The notes beneath the pieces were generated by a model. It searched no databases. It was given only the letters and a program-made list of their open reading frames with translations, and was not told the origin of the DNA. A DNA stretch of 64,000 nucleotides, from positions 1-64,000 of the forward strand of contig DASCPX010000070.1 of NCBI GenBank assembly GCA_036012755.1. Direction: 5' to 3'. The DNA is from Myxococcota bacterium (lineage in GTDB: Bacteria; Myxococcota_A; UBA796; CAJQPC01). The position numbers were made by a program, and so were the translations under genes. Of the stretch, positions 9,709 to 18,025 are shown piece after piece (within the stretch, counting starts at the first letter, position 1; each line of letters begins with the position of its first letter).

Positions 9709-10551
9709 TCAGAGGTTGTAGTCGGGCCCGCCGAGCGCTTCGTGGGTGGTGGTCGAGTCGTCGCTCGTGAAGGTCGGGCCGCTCCAGTCGAGGCTGCCCA
9801 CCCGCCAGACCTGGCCCATCGTCAGCTTGGGCCCAGTGCGCTCCGCTACGACGCTGCCCTCGGCTTCGATCGTGAGCGTCGGCGTGGCGTAGTTCCGCGT
9901 CGAGTCGCGGGGATCATAGAAGTGCACGAGGAAGTCGTAGGAGACCTCTTCGGGGCGCGACAGGGTGATGGTCTCTGCTGTCTCCGAGGTCTCGGAGTCC
10001 TGGTCGAGCACCGGATCGTCCGAGCTGTCGCCCTCGACGCCCCAGTCGGGCTCGGGCTGGGCGAAGAAGCAGTCCCCCTCGCCGAAGTAGACGCCATCGG
10101 GTTGGAGGAGGTGGAGGTCGAGGTCCGCCTCGGCGGTGTCCCAGGTCAGCGTGACGCTGAGGTCCTCCCACGGGATGACCTCGACGAGGCTCGCTGCGTA
10201 GTTCTCGCTCGTGAGCCCGTCGTCGTCCTCGACATGGAGCTGCACCACGTAGAGGCCGATCTCGCCGGCGAGGAACTCCGGATCCGGCGCGTACTCCCCG
10301 GTCAGGATGGGCGTGCCGGCGGGGGACTCGGTGACCTCCCACCTGTAGAAGAGCTCGGCGTCCTCGTCATCGGGATCCCAGGACTCCGAGCCGTCGAGGC
10401 CGATGGGCTCCCAGCGCTTGACCGCTCCGCCGGGGCCTGCCACCGCCACCGGGTTCACGTAGACCGGCAGGGGAGGATCCGGCTCCAGCGTCTCGGGAGG
10501 GTCGGGCTGGATGTTGTAGTCGGTGCAGGCCAACAGCATCAGGAAGCTCAT
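9709..10551 (-). CDS. Lipoprotein with PKD-like and YfaP/DUF2135-like domains
   Basis: MSFLMLLAC start (ATGA overlap); LDGSESWDPD..YRWEV; LSVTLTWDTAEADLDLHLL. Paralogous to the C-terminus of 36962..38395. Confidence 0.8.
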   Translation of the reverse strand: MSFLMLLACTDYNIQPDPPETLEPDPPLPVYVNPVAVAGPGGAVKRWEPIGLDGSESWDPDDEDAELFYRWEVTESPAGTPILTGEYAPDPEFLAGEIGLYVVQLHVEDDDGLTSENYAASLVEVIPWEDLSVTLTWDTAEADLDLHLLQPDGVYFGEGDCFFAQPEPDWGVEGDSSDDPVLDQDSETSETAETITLSRPEEVSYDFLVHFYDPRDSTRNYATPTLTIEAEGSVVAERTGPKLTMGQVWRVGSLDWSGPTFTSDDSTTTHEALGGPDYNL

Positions 10552-11894
10552 CGACGCCTCCGGATCAAGAAGAGGCCGAGGAGCCAGGCGGCTCCTATCG
10601 GTACGGTGGTGCAACCGGTGCCCTGAGACAGGGGATCGTCGGGGTTCTCTGTTCCGGAGTCGGCAGGGCCAGAGTCCGGGGCCGCCGTGTCTGGGAGCTC
10701 CACCGGCTCGTTGTAGAGCAGCGCGCCGTGAAGAACGTCGGCGAGCCCGTCCGGGTTCACGATCTCGAGGTCGACGAGGCCTGCCTCGTGTGCGGGGGCG
10801 TAGAAGGTCGCCTGGGTTCCGTCGATCAGCGAGCCCCCGACGTCCACGCCGTCGACGAGGAAGGTGGCGCCGTCGACGAAGCCCTCGCCGAGCACCGTGA
10901 CGACCTCGCCGCCTTCGTTGTCGTGGTTGTAGGGACTCGCCGAGTGCAGCGCCGGTGGCTCGGCGCCATCCTCGGTCGTGTAGTAGGTGAAGCCGCCCTC
11001 CAGGATGTCCTCGACCGCGATGCAGCTGACGGTCACGTCGACGAGCCCCGGCTCGTGTGCTGGCACCAGGGCAGTGAGCGTGTTGTCGTCGACGTAGGTC
11101 GTCGGGGCCTCGACGCCGTCGAAGGAGGCTATACAGGAGTCGTTGAAGTCCTCGCCTGTGATGGCGGTCTCGATCCCGCCGTCTTCGGGAGCGCGCTTGG
11201 GCGTGAGGTAGTCGATCGTGATGCTGCGCACGATCATCGGCGTGTCGATGTCGCTCTCGGACCAGTAGAAGTTGTCGAGGGCGACGCCGGAGTCGAGGAT
11301 GCCGTCGCCGACGTCGTAGACCGTGAACTCGAGGGTCAGGTTGGTGCTCGGGTCGACGGGCACGACGGTCGTGAGCCAGCCTGTCCCGCCGCCGACGTTC
11401 TCGAAGCCCGTTCCGGAGAGGTCCGAGGGTGCGGTCACGGCGAAGAGCACGGAGTTGACGTTGATGTCGTTCCCGCCGCTGTCCTGAGCGGCGTTGCCCG
11501 TGTACGCGGAGCCCGTCACGATGGCCTGGAAGGTGTCGTTGTAGGCGCTGCCGACGTACTCGGGGTACTCGGCGGAGAGGAAGTAGAACTCGAACACCAG
11601 CGAGTTCGCGCCGGCGGGGGCTGCGAGCTCCAGGGTCAGGGTGCTCCGGTCGCCCTTCGTCCCCATGGGCTTGATGTCCGTCCCGGTCTCCGGGCCCACG
11701 CCGACCTTGCCGGTGTAGAGCCAGGCAAAGTCGGAGCCGGCTTCGGGTGAGATCGTGCCCATGCTCGTCTGCACTGCGGTGGCGTCGGTGTGGGCGTCGA
11801 GGGTGGCGTCGACGAGGTCGGCGCTCGGAACCTCCATGGAGGTCACGAGGCTGGCGGCGGTCGCGCCGAGGGCGGTGCTGATCAACAGGAGCAT
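10548..11894 (-). CDS. Surface protein: choice-of-anchor-L-like domain, two IPT/TIG domains, MYXO-CTERM-like tail
   Basis: FEFYFLSAEYPEYVGSAYNDTF and VYDVGDGILDSGV; PAHEPGLVDV and PAHEAGLVDL TIG repeats; C-terminal GCTTVPIGAAWLLGLFLIRRRR. Confidence 0.82.
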   Translation of the reverse strand: MLLLISTALGATAASLVTSMEVPSADLVDATLDAHTDATAVQTSMGTISPEAGSDFAWLYTGKVGVGPETGTDIKPMGTKGDRSTLTLELAAPAGANSLVFEFYFLSAEYPEYVGSAYNDTFQAIVTGSAYTGNAAQDSGGNDINVNSVLFAVTAPSDLSGTGFENVGGGTGWLTTVVPVDPSTNLTLEFTVYDVGDGILDSGVALDNFYWSESDIDTPMIVRSITIDYLTPKRAPEDGGIETAITGEDFNDSCIASFDGVEAPTTYVDDNTLTALVPAHEPGLVDVTVSCIAVEDILEGGFTYYTTEDGAEPPALHSASPYNHDNEGGEVVTVLGEGFVDGATFLVDGVDVGGSLIDGTQATFYAPAHEAGLVDLEIVNPDGLADVLHGALLYNEPVELPDTAAPDSGPADSGTENPDDPLSQGTGCTTVPIGAAWLLGLFLIRRRR

Positions 11895-11945
11895 GCGCGC
11901 GAGCGTAGCTTCGCGAGGGGCGGGCTTGCCAGCTACGATGTACTC

Positions 11946-12983
11946 ATGCCGTGGATCCTGTTGGCGTGCGTGGAGTCGGGACTCAACAAGCAGACCCCCG
12001 ACGTGGCCGAGCCGCATGGGGTCGCGAGCTTGGAGGGCCGCTCTTGCCGGCCGGATGGACATGGCCCGCTGGTGGGTGGAAGCGTGACGGTGGTGGCGCG
12101 TGACGGAGAGGTCATCGTCGATGCACAGATGGCCGTCGCCGACACCGACGGCGTGTGGGGCTTCAGCGAGGTCCCCGCGGGCCTGCCTCTCACCGTCAGC
12201 GTGCAGTGGAAGGGAGCGGTCATACAGTCCTACGAGCTCGAGCTCGTCGACGCGCAGAACGAGACCGTGGTGTGGGAGGGCTGCTCGCCACTTCCGGAGC
12301 TCTCCGTGCTCGTGGTCGAGGGCTACTACGACGACTTCGCCGCCGTGCTGTCCGCCGTGCCGAACCTGAGCGTCGAGACTCTCGACGGGTCCTCGAAGGA
12401 CGCGCTGTTGTCGCTGCTCCAGGATCCGACACGGATGGCGGACCATGACGTCCTCTTCTTCGACGGAGGTCACGTCGAGGAGGGTGTCATCTGGGGTGTC
12501 TCCAGCGCCGACCAGATGACCGCGCTCGAGGTGCAGCAGAACCTCGCGGACTACGTCTCGGCGGGTGGCGGCGTCTACGCCTCCGACTGGGCATACGACG
12601 TCGTGGAGCAGACCTGGCCGGACAAGCTCGACTTCCTGGGCGAGGACACCGTGCCCGACGCTGCACAGTACGGCGTGTCAGAGGCCGTCTCATCGACTGT
12701 GTCGAATGCCTCCCTTGCCGAGTATCTCGGCACCGATGAGGTGGACATCACCTTCGACCTGCCCGTGTGGCCGGTCGTCGTAGGCGGGTCCGACTACACC
12801 TCGGTCCACCTCGTGGGCGACGTGACCTACCAGAGCGGAGAGGTCGAGACCCCCTTCCCGGGTTCGCCGCTGTTGGTGTCCTTCCACGCGGGCGAGGGGA
12901 GGGTGGTGTTCAGCTCGTTCCGTCAGCAAGCGAACACTGACGAGATGCGCGAGATCCTGGAGTTCGCGCTGTTCCATCTCTGA
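11946..12983 (+). CDS. Lipoprotein with an Ig-like domain and a glutamine-amidotransferase-like alpha/beta domain
   Basis: MPWILLAC lipobox; NLADYVSAGGGVYASDWAY and GEGRVVFSSF. Confidence 0.75.
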   Translation: MPWILLACVESGLNKQTPDVAEPHGVASLEGRSCRPDGHGPLVGGSVTVVARDGEVIVDAQMAVADTDGVWGFSEVPAGLPLTVSVQWKGAVIQSYELELVDAQNETVVWEGCSPLPELSVLVVEGYYDDFAAVLSAVPNLSVETLDGSSKDALLSLLQDPTRMADHDVLFFDGGHVEEGVIWGVSSADQMTALEVQQNLADYVSAGGGVYASDWAYDVVEQTWPDKLDFLGEDTVPDAAQYGVSEAVSSTVSNASLAEYLGTDEVDITFDLPVWPVVVGGSDYTSVHLVGDVTYQSGEVETPFPGSPLLVSFHAGEGRVVFSSFRQQANTDEMREILEFALFHL

Positions 12984-12993
12984 GGAGGCACAG

Positions 12994-13418
12994 ATGAGTG
13001 CAATGCTGGGAGCGTTCCTGTTGTCGCCAGCTCTGGAGATCGGGCCCTTTCCAGGGCTGGGAGTTCCGAGCACTGGGTCGCTCGCGCGCACTTGAGCGTG
13101 GTGCCCATGCCGTACTTCGGTGTGTTCGGCGCAGGACACTCCACGGTCGCGAGACAGATCCCCTACCGCTCCGGGGTGAACCGCGTCGAGCTCGGCCTGA
13201 GTGCTGGCGGCGTCGGGCTCATCGGGGACGACTCGGCCATCTTCTACGTCGGCGCATTCGCGGGGTGGCGCCGCGAGGGCAAGCGCATCGTCATTCGCTC
13301 GGGGGCGGTCATCGCGCCGGTCTTCATCGACCCCTGGGACAAGCCGGGGAGCTGGGACGGGCAGCGTGTGGAGGTTTGGCCGTTCTTGCCATCCGTGGGC
13401 TTCGAGTTGGCGAGGTAG
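12994..13418 (+). pseudogene. Small exported/beta-strand protein, apparently frameshifted
   Basis: Strong RBS GAGGAGG before ATG 12994 (MSAMLGAFLLSPALEIGPFPGLG), which stops near 13095. The body (SEHWVARAHLSVVPMPYFG...PFLPSVGFELAR) is in another frame. Confidence 0.45.
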
Positions 13419-13527
13419 TGACCTCAGCGGCGCCGCTGTTCGTATTGTCTTCGGAGGCTGCCCCGCAGCGCTGCCTGGAGGCTCCTGGCCATCAGTGATG
13501 GTGTGACGAAGTAGTACGCGGAGTCCA

Positions 13528-13824
13528 GTGTTCCAGCCAGGCGTAGTTGATGCGGCAAGTCGCTCTCGGTGAACCATGGTGTTCCAGCCAGGCGTAGTTG
13601 GCGCGGCAAGTCGCTCTCGGTGAACCATGGTGTTCCAGCCAGGCGTAGTTGGCGCGGCAAGTCGCTCTCGGTGAACCATGGTGTTCCAGCCAGGCGGAGT
13701 TGATGCGGCAAGTCGCTCTCGGTGAACCATGGTGTTCCAGCCAGGTGGAGTTGATGCGGCAAGTCGCTCTCGGTGAACCATGGCGTTCCAGCCAGGTGGA
13801 GTTGATGCGGCAAGTCGCTCTCGG
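13528..13824. repeat. 51-bp tandem repeat, about 5.8 copies, no spacers
   Basis: Unit GTGTTCCAGCCAGG(C/T)G(T/G)AGTTG(AT/GC)GCGGCAAGTCGCTCTCGGTGAACCATG starts at 13528, 13579, 13630, 13681, 13732 and 13783. Confidence 0.97.
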
Positions 13825-13902
13825 CGAAACGACTTGTGTGATCGACGCTCTCTCCGCACGGGAGCGCCAGGGAACGTCGACTGGCCAACCGAGGACCGTC
13901 GG

Positions 13903-15613
13903 TCAGTCGTCCCCGCCACGAACGAGGTAGGCGGCGCCTGCCCATCTCCCACTGGTCGACTCTCCCGGTGCGCCGACGAGGAGGTCCCCAAAGCCGTCAC
14001 CGTCCGCGTCGGCGCCGCCAGCTACCATCCCGGCGTAGTCCTCGTAGCCCTCGCCGACGAGGGTAGCGTCAGCGTCCGCCGGCTCTACGTTCCCCGTGAC
14101 GGAGCCGTAGAACAGGTAGATCGTGCTCCGACGTCCTCTCCGACGCCGAAGGCCCCCACGGCGATATCGGACAGCCCATCAGCATCCAGGTCGCTCCCCG
14201 AGGAGAGTGTGCTCCCCACCGAGTCGCCCGCGGACGCGCCAGAGAGCGACCAGTCCGCCAGCGCTAGCGAGACGGTGCCCGTCGTCGGGCTGGTGATCAG
14301 GTACGCCGTCCCGTGGCTGTCCTCGTCGCTGTTGTTGTGGTGCGCCCCGATGAGGATGTCTGCTCGCCCGTCCGCGTTCACGTCGCCGGAGCAGTCGACG
14401 GAGTTGCCGGCCGCGTCCTGGCTCTGCTCCCCCTCGAAGCGTGCGGCGGCCGCGTCGAGCTGGTCGCCCTCGTCTGCGAGCAGGAGGTCACCAGTGAGCG
14501 GGCCGTGGACCACGTAGACGGCGCCGTGGTCCATTCCGGAACCAGGAGCGCCCAGGGCCACGTCGGGCAGCCCGTCGCCGTTGACGTCGCCGCCACAAGC
14601 ACACAGACCCAGGTAGGAGTAGTTCTGGCGTGAGCTCAGGGACATGGTGGCTGCGGCGTCGTCGGTCGTGCGGTCCGCGGTGACGGGTCCGAGGAAGAGG
14701 AACGCCTGCTTTCCGCTGCGACCGGGTCCCCCGAGCAAGATGTCGTTCCAGCAGTCACCGTCCATGTCGCCAGGAGCCGCCAGTCCCCCTCCGAGTGACC
14801 CGATGGTGGGCCTCGTGATGTCGAGGTCCGAGTCGTCCAGGTCTCTCGGACCCGAGATTGGACCGAAGTGCACATAGACTGTGTTGTTCAGTGTGGCCCC
14901 CACGACCAGGTCGTCGTTGCCATCACCGTCGAGGTCAGGGACCACCCCAAACGCCGAGCAGAACGAGAGTGAGCGGTCCTCGTCGTAGAGGACGGCGTCG
15001 GCGTCCGTGAGGTCGGCGTCCGAGTGCGGACCTTCCGTGAGCAGGTACACGCGCGCACCGATGTCCTTGCCCGTACAGAACTGTCCGGTCGCCATCACGG
15101 CGAGATCGACGGTGCCGTCGGCGTTGCTGTCCCCGCCAATCCAGGTGCGTGTGCCGCTCAGCTCTCCAGCCCTGTCACCGAGCAGCTTGGCGGCGGCGTC
15201 AGCGAGGTCCACCTCCCCGACCAGGCGGCAGGCCGTGTCCCCGTCTCCCGCGCAGTCGTTGTCCGCACGATCTCCGCAGATCTCCTCCGCTCCCGGAAAG
15301 GAGGAAGCATCGTCGTCGTCGCAGTCCTCGTCCCGGTCATCGCAGTGCTCCTCGGCGCCTGGGTGGACCGCCCTGTCATCGTCGTCGCAGTCTCCGGCGA
15401 CCGCGGAGGTTGCGAGGGGCTGAAGGCAGGCTTCGACGGCCTCTTCGGCCACGCCGTAGCCATCCATGTCCATGTCCGAGTACCACGTCGGACAGTCCAG
15501 TCCTCCGCTTCGGAGTCCGTTGGGGAGTCCGCCTGCGGAGTGGAGTGACGGCCCTCGGTGTCCAGCGGTGTCGGGTGGGGGTCATCCGAGCACGCGAGCA
15601 CGAACAGGAGCAT
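13903..15613 (-). pseudogene. Lipoprotein with DCDD metal-binding motifs and FG-GAP (integrin-alpha-like) repeats, two frameshifts
   Basis: MLLFVLAC start at 15613; shift near 15497 into TWYSDMDMDGYG; GDVNGDGLPDVALGAP-type repeats; second shift near 14127 into TIYLFYG...DADGDGFGDLLVGAPG...AAYLVRGGDD-stop at 13903. Confidence 0.8.
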
Positions 15614-15697
15614 CGCCACGCCCTCCCGAGCAGGGGCCACCAGTATAGTCGCTCGCAATGGCCCGTCGGCGACCATCGCCACCGTGACACCACCCAG

Positions 15698-16057
15698 CTA
15701 GTGCGCCTCGGGTTCGCACAGAGCCTCGCCCTTCGCCGCCCGCTCCGCCTCCAGGAAGGAGCGTACGTCCTTCGGGTCGACCCCCTCGATCGCGCCCTGG
15801 CCGCGCTGCCAGTGATAGGCGCACTCCTCACAGACCGGCTCGCCGCGGCGAAGGCCCTCTGCGCAGCCGCAGTGGCCGGTCATCCGCACACAGTGCAGGC
15901 ACGGGGTCGTCGTGCAGCAGTCGTAGGTGCCCTCCGCCGCGGACCGCTCCACCAGCGCCTCGAGCCCCTCCACGAGGTCCTGACGCTCTTGTTCGATGGT
16001 CGGGACGACCACCTCCGCCGGCTCCGAGGAGCAGGCAAGCCATACAGACAGGATCAC
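15698..16057 (-). CDS. Small Cys-rich lipoprotein
   Basis: MILSVWLAC lipobox (GTGA coupled); CCTTTPCLHC...CGC...CEEC, 8 Cys in about 33 aa. Confidence 0.75.
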   Translation of the reverse strand: MILSVWLACSSEPAEVVVPTIEQERQDLVEGLEALVERSAAEGTYDCCTTTPCLHCVRMTGHCGCAEGLRRGEPVCEECAYHWQRGQGAIEGVDPKDVRSFLEAERAAKGEALCEPEAH

Positions 16058-17988
16058 CGCTCGGGCTCGATCGTGATCCAGATGGGGAAGGCCTCTACCA
16101 CTTCGCCTTCGCTCTCCACTTCGACGCGAATCTCGTAGAACTGGTCGTCCTCGGCGATGGGTGCGTGGGAGGTGATCTCGAGGAGGATGTCCAGCGCGTC
16201 CCCGAAGTCGAGGCCGGTGACGGCGCCCTCCGGGGACAGGGACGTCACCCAGTCATCTGGGTCGTGGGCGAGGTTCACCGAGTGGTCCAGCGGCGCAGGG
16301 GGATCGATGAGATCCTCTACCGCATCCAGCACAGTCGTCGGGTCGGGCCAGTCCCAGCTGCCCGTCAGGTAGGCGGGCTCGTCCTTCACCCCGTCACCAT
16401 CGGTGTCCATGTAGGAGTCGGTCTCGATGGCCAGCTGCTCGAGGTCCTCGTCGACGCTCTTGTCCGAGCTGTACCACTCGTACACGGACACTCCCAGCAC
16501 CTTCACACCACGGTCGATGACAGCCTGGGTGGCGTCCGCCGATCCAATCGGGTCGTAGCAGGAGCCCTCTGGCGCCTCGTCACCGTCGTCCGGGTCGCGC
16601 AGGACGTTGTCGGTGCCGAGCACGACGACCCGGGCGGAGTTGCTGCGCCACCCCACGCCGTTGACGCTGCCGGTCCCGTCCTCTGCGGAGTCATAGGTGC
16701 CAGCGTCCGCGCCGCCGTAGGCATCGCCGGACCAGGGGTTGAAGGGCTGGACGTCGACTCCAGAGGTGAATCCATCACAGTCCTGATCGTAGCCGATGCC
16801 GGTGACGCTCTGGTAGAGGGCCTCGTAGGAGGAGCCCGCGGCGTCGCCCCCGTAGCTCATCGAGGAGAGGCCCTTCGCGGCGGTCTCGAGTGAGCTCTGG
16901 TCCGTGGAGAGTTGGTGCTCCAGCTCGAAGGGCACGCCGCTGGACGAGGCCATGTTCCCAGACTGGTAGTCGTCGTAGCTCCCGAAGCCGAGGGCGACGT
17001 TGTCGAAGCGGCTGAAGATCTGCTGGGTCAGGGTCTCCATCGCGGTCGGCAGGTTCGGGTGGTAGCAGCTGTAGCTGTAGGCCGTGTCGACGATGATGAA
17101 GAGGTCGAGTCTGTATTCGTCCAGGATGGACTGGAGCGTGAGCTCCTGGATGTCCCTGGGCCCCATGGTGAGGAAGGTCCCGGTGGGCTCGACCTGGGCG
17201 TTCGACGCCAGGCTTCCGGCGAAGACCTCCAGGCCGTCCTCGTAGCCGTCGCCGTCGGAGTCCCTGTCTCGGTGGTCCGTGCCCTTTGCGGCCTCCTCCT
17301 CGTCGTCGAGGCCGTCGCCGTCGGTGTCCGGGTCCACGTGGTCCAGGACTCCGTCACCGTCCAGATCGTCACCGTTGCAGGTGTCGACCTCGTCGATGTC
17401 GTCTACGCCGTCGTCGTCGCTGTCGGTGTCGAGGAAGTCCGGCTTTCCGTCACCGTCGGAGTCCCAGGGCTCAGAGGCCAGATCGTCGTCGCCAGCCTCC
17501 AGCTGGTCGATCAGGCAGTCGTCGTCGCTGTCGAGGTCCACCCGGTTGTCAGCCCCGTCGTAGTCGTGGTCGAGCAGCCCCTCGTCCACATCGAGGATGG
17601 TGTCGCTGTCGTCGTCGAAGTCGATCGGGTCGATCTCTCCGTCGCCGTCGGAGTCCAGCGGGTCGTCGCAGTCGCCGGCTTCTGTGCCGTCGTCGAGGTC
17701 GTTGTCGTCACTGTCCGTGTCGAGGAAGTCCGGCGTCCCGTCCCCGTCGGAGTCGCGCACCACCCCCTCGCCGAGGTCCCCTCGCTCCAGGGCGTCGGTG
17801 AGGCAGTCCCCATCGGAGTCGTCGTCTTCGAAGTTGGAGAGGCCGTCGCCGTCAGGGTCCTCGTCGCCCTCCAGGGCATCGGGGATGCCGTCGCCGTCGG
17901 CATCGGGCAGCGCCGTCGGTCCATTGCCGGTCTCGGACAGCGGTGCCTCGCCGCTGATGCACGAGAGCAACAAGACTAGTAGGGACAT
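16054..17988 (-). CDS. Lipoprotein with TSP3 Ca-binding repeats and an integrin-beta-like VWA domain (CglD-like architecture)
   Basis: MSLLVLLLSC; many DSDGDG.PD.LD.DSDDD repeats; LDLFIIVDTAYS, GGDAAGSSYEALYQ and GWRSNSARVVVLGTD. Confidence 0.82.
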   Translation of the reverse strand: MSLLVLLLSCISGEAPLSETGNGPTALPDADGDGIPDALEGDEDPDGDGLSNFEDDDSDGDCLTDALERGDLGEGVVRDSDGDGTPDFLDTDSDDNDLDDGTEAGDCDDPLDSDGDGEIDPIDFDDDSDTILDVDEGLLDHDYDGADNRVDLDSDDDCLIDQLEAGDDDLASEPWDSDGDGKPDFLDTDSDDDGVDDIDEVDTCNGDDLDGDGVLDHVDPDTDGDGLDDEEEAAKGTDHRDRDSDGDGYEDGLEVFAGSLASNAQVEPTGTFLTMGPRDIQELTLQSILDEYRLDLFIIVDTAYSYSCYHPNLPTAMETLTQQIFSRFDNVALGFGSYDDYQSGNMASSSGVPFELEHQLSTDQSSLETAAKGLSSMSYGGDAAGSSYEALYQSVTGIGYDQDCDGFTSGVDVQPFNPWSGDAYGGADAGTYDSAEDGTGSVNGVGWRSNSARVVVLGTDNVLRDPDDGDEAPEGSCYDPIGSADATQAVIDRGVKVLGVSVYEWYSSDKSVDEDLEQLAIETDSYMDTDGDGVKDEPAYLTGSWDWPDPTTVLDAVEDLIDPPAPLDHSVNLAHDPDDWVTSLSPEGAVTGLDFGDALDILLEITSHAPIAEDDQFYEIRVEVESEGEVVEAFPIWITIEPER

Positions 17989-18025
17989 GACACTCTCCGG
18001 GCTCCCACCCGAGAATACGCCGAGA

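Noticed and set aside
13528..13824. CRISPR array
   Set aside because: The units are head-to-tail with no unique spacers, and there are no cas genes in the window.
12690..14000. Repeat-containing 436-aa and 173-aa ORFs across the 51-bp array
   Set aside because: They are open mainly because the unit is a multiple of 3; they overlap other genes, and the flanking translation is not protein-like.
15698..16057. c-type cytochrome
   Set aside because: The CxxC pairs are not followed by His (CLHCV, CEECA).
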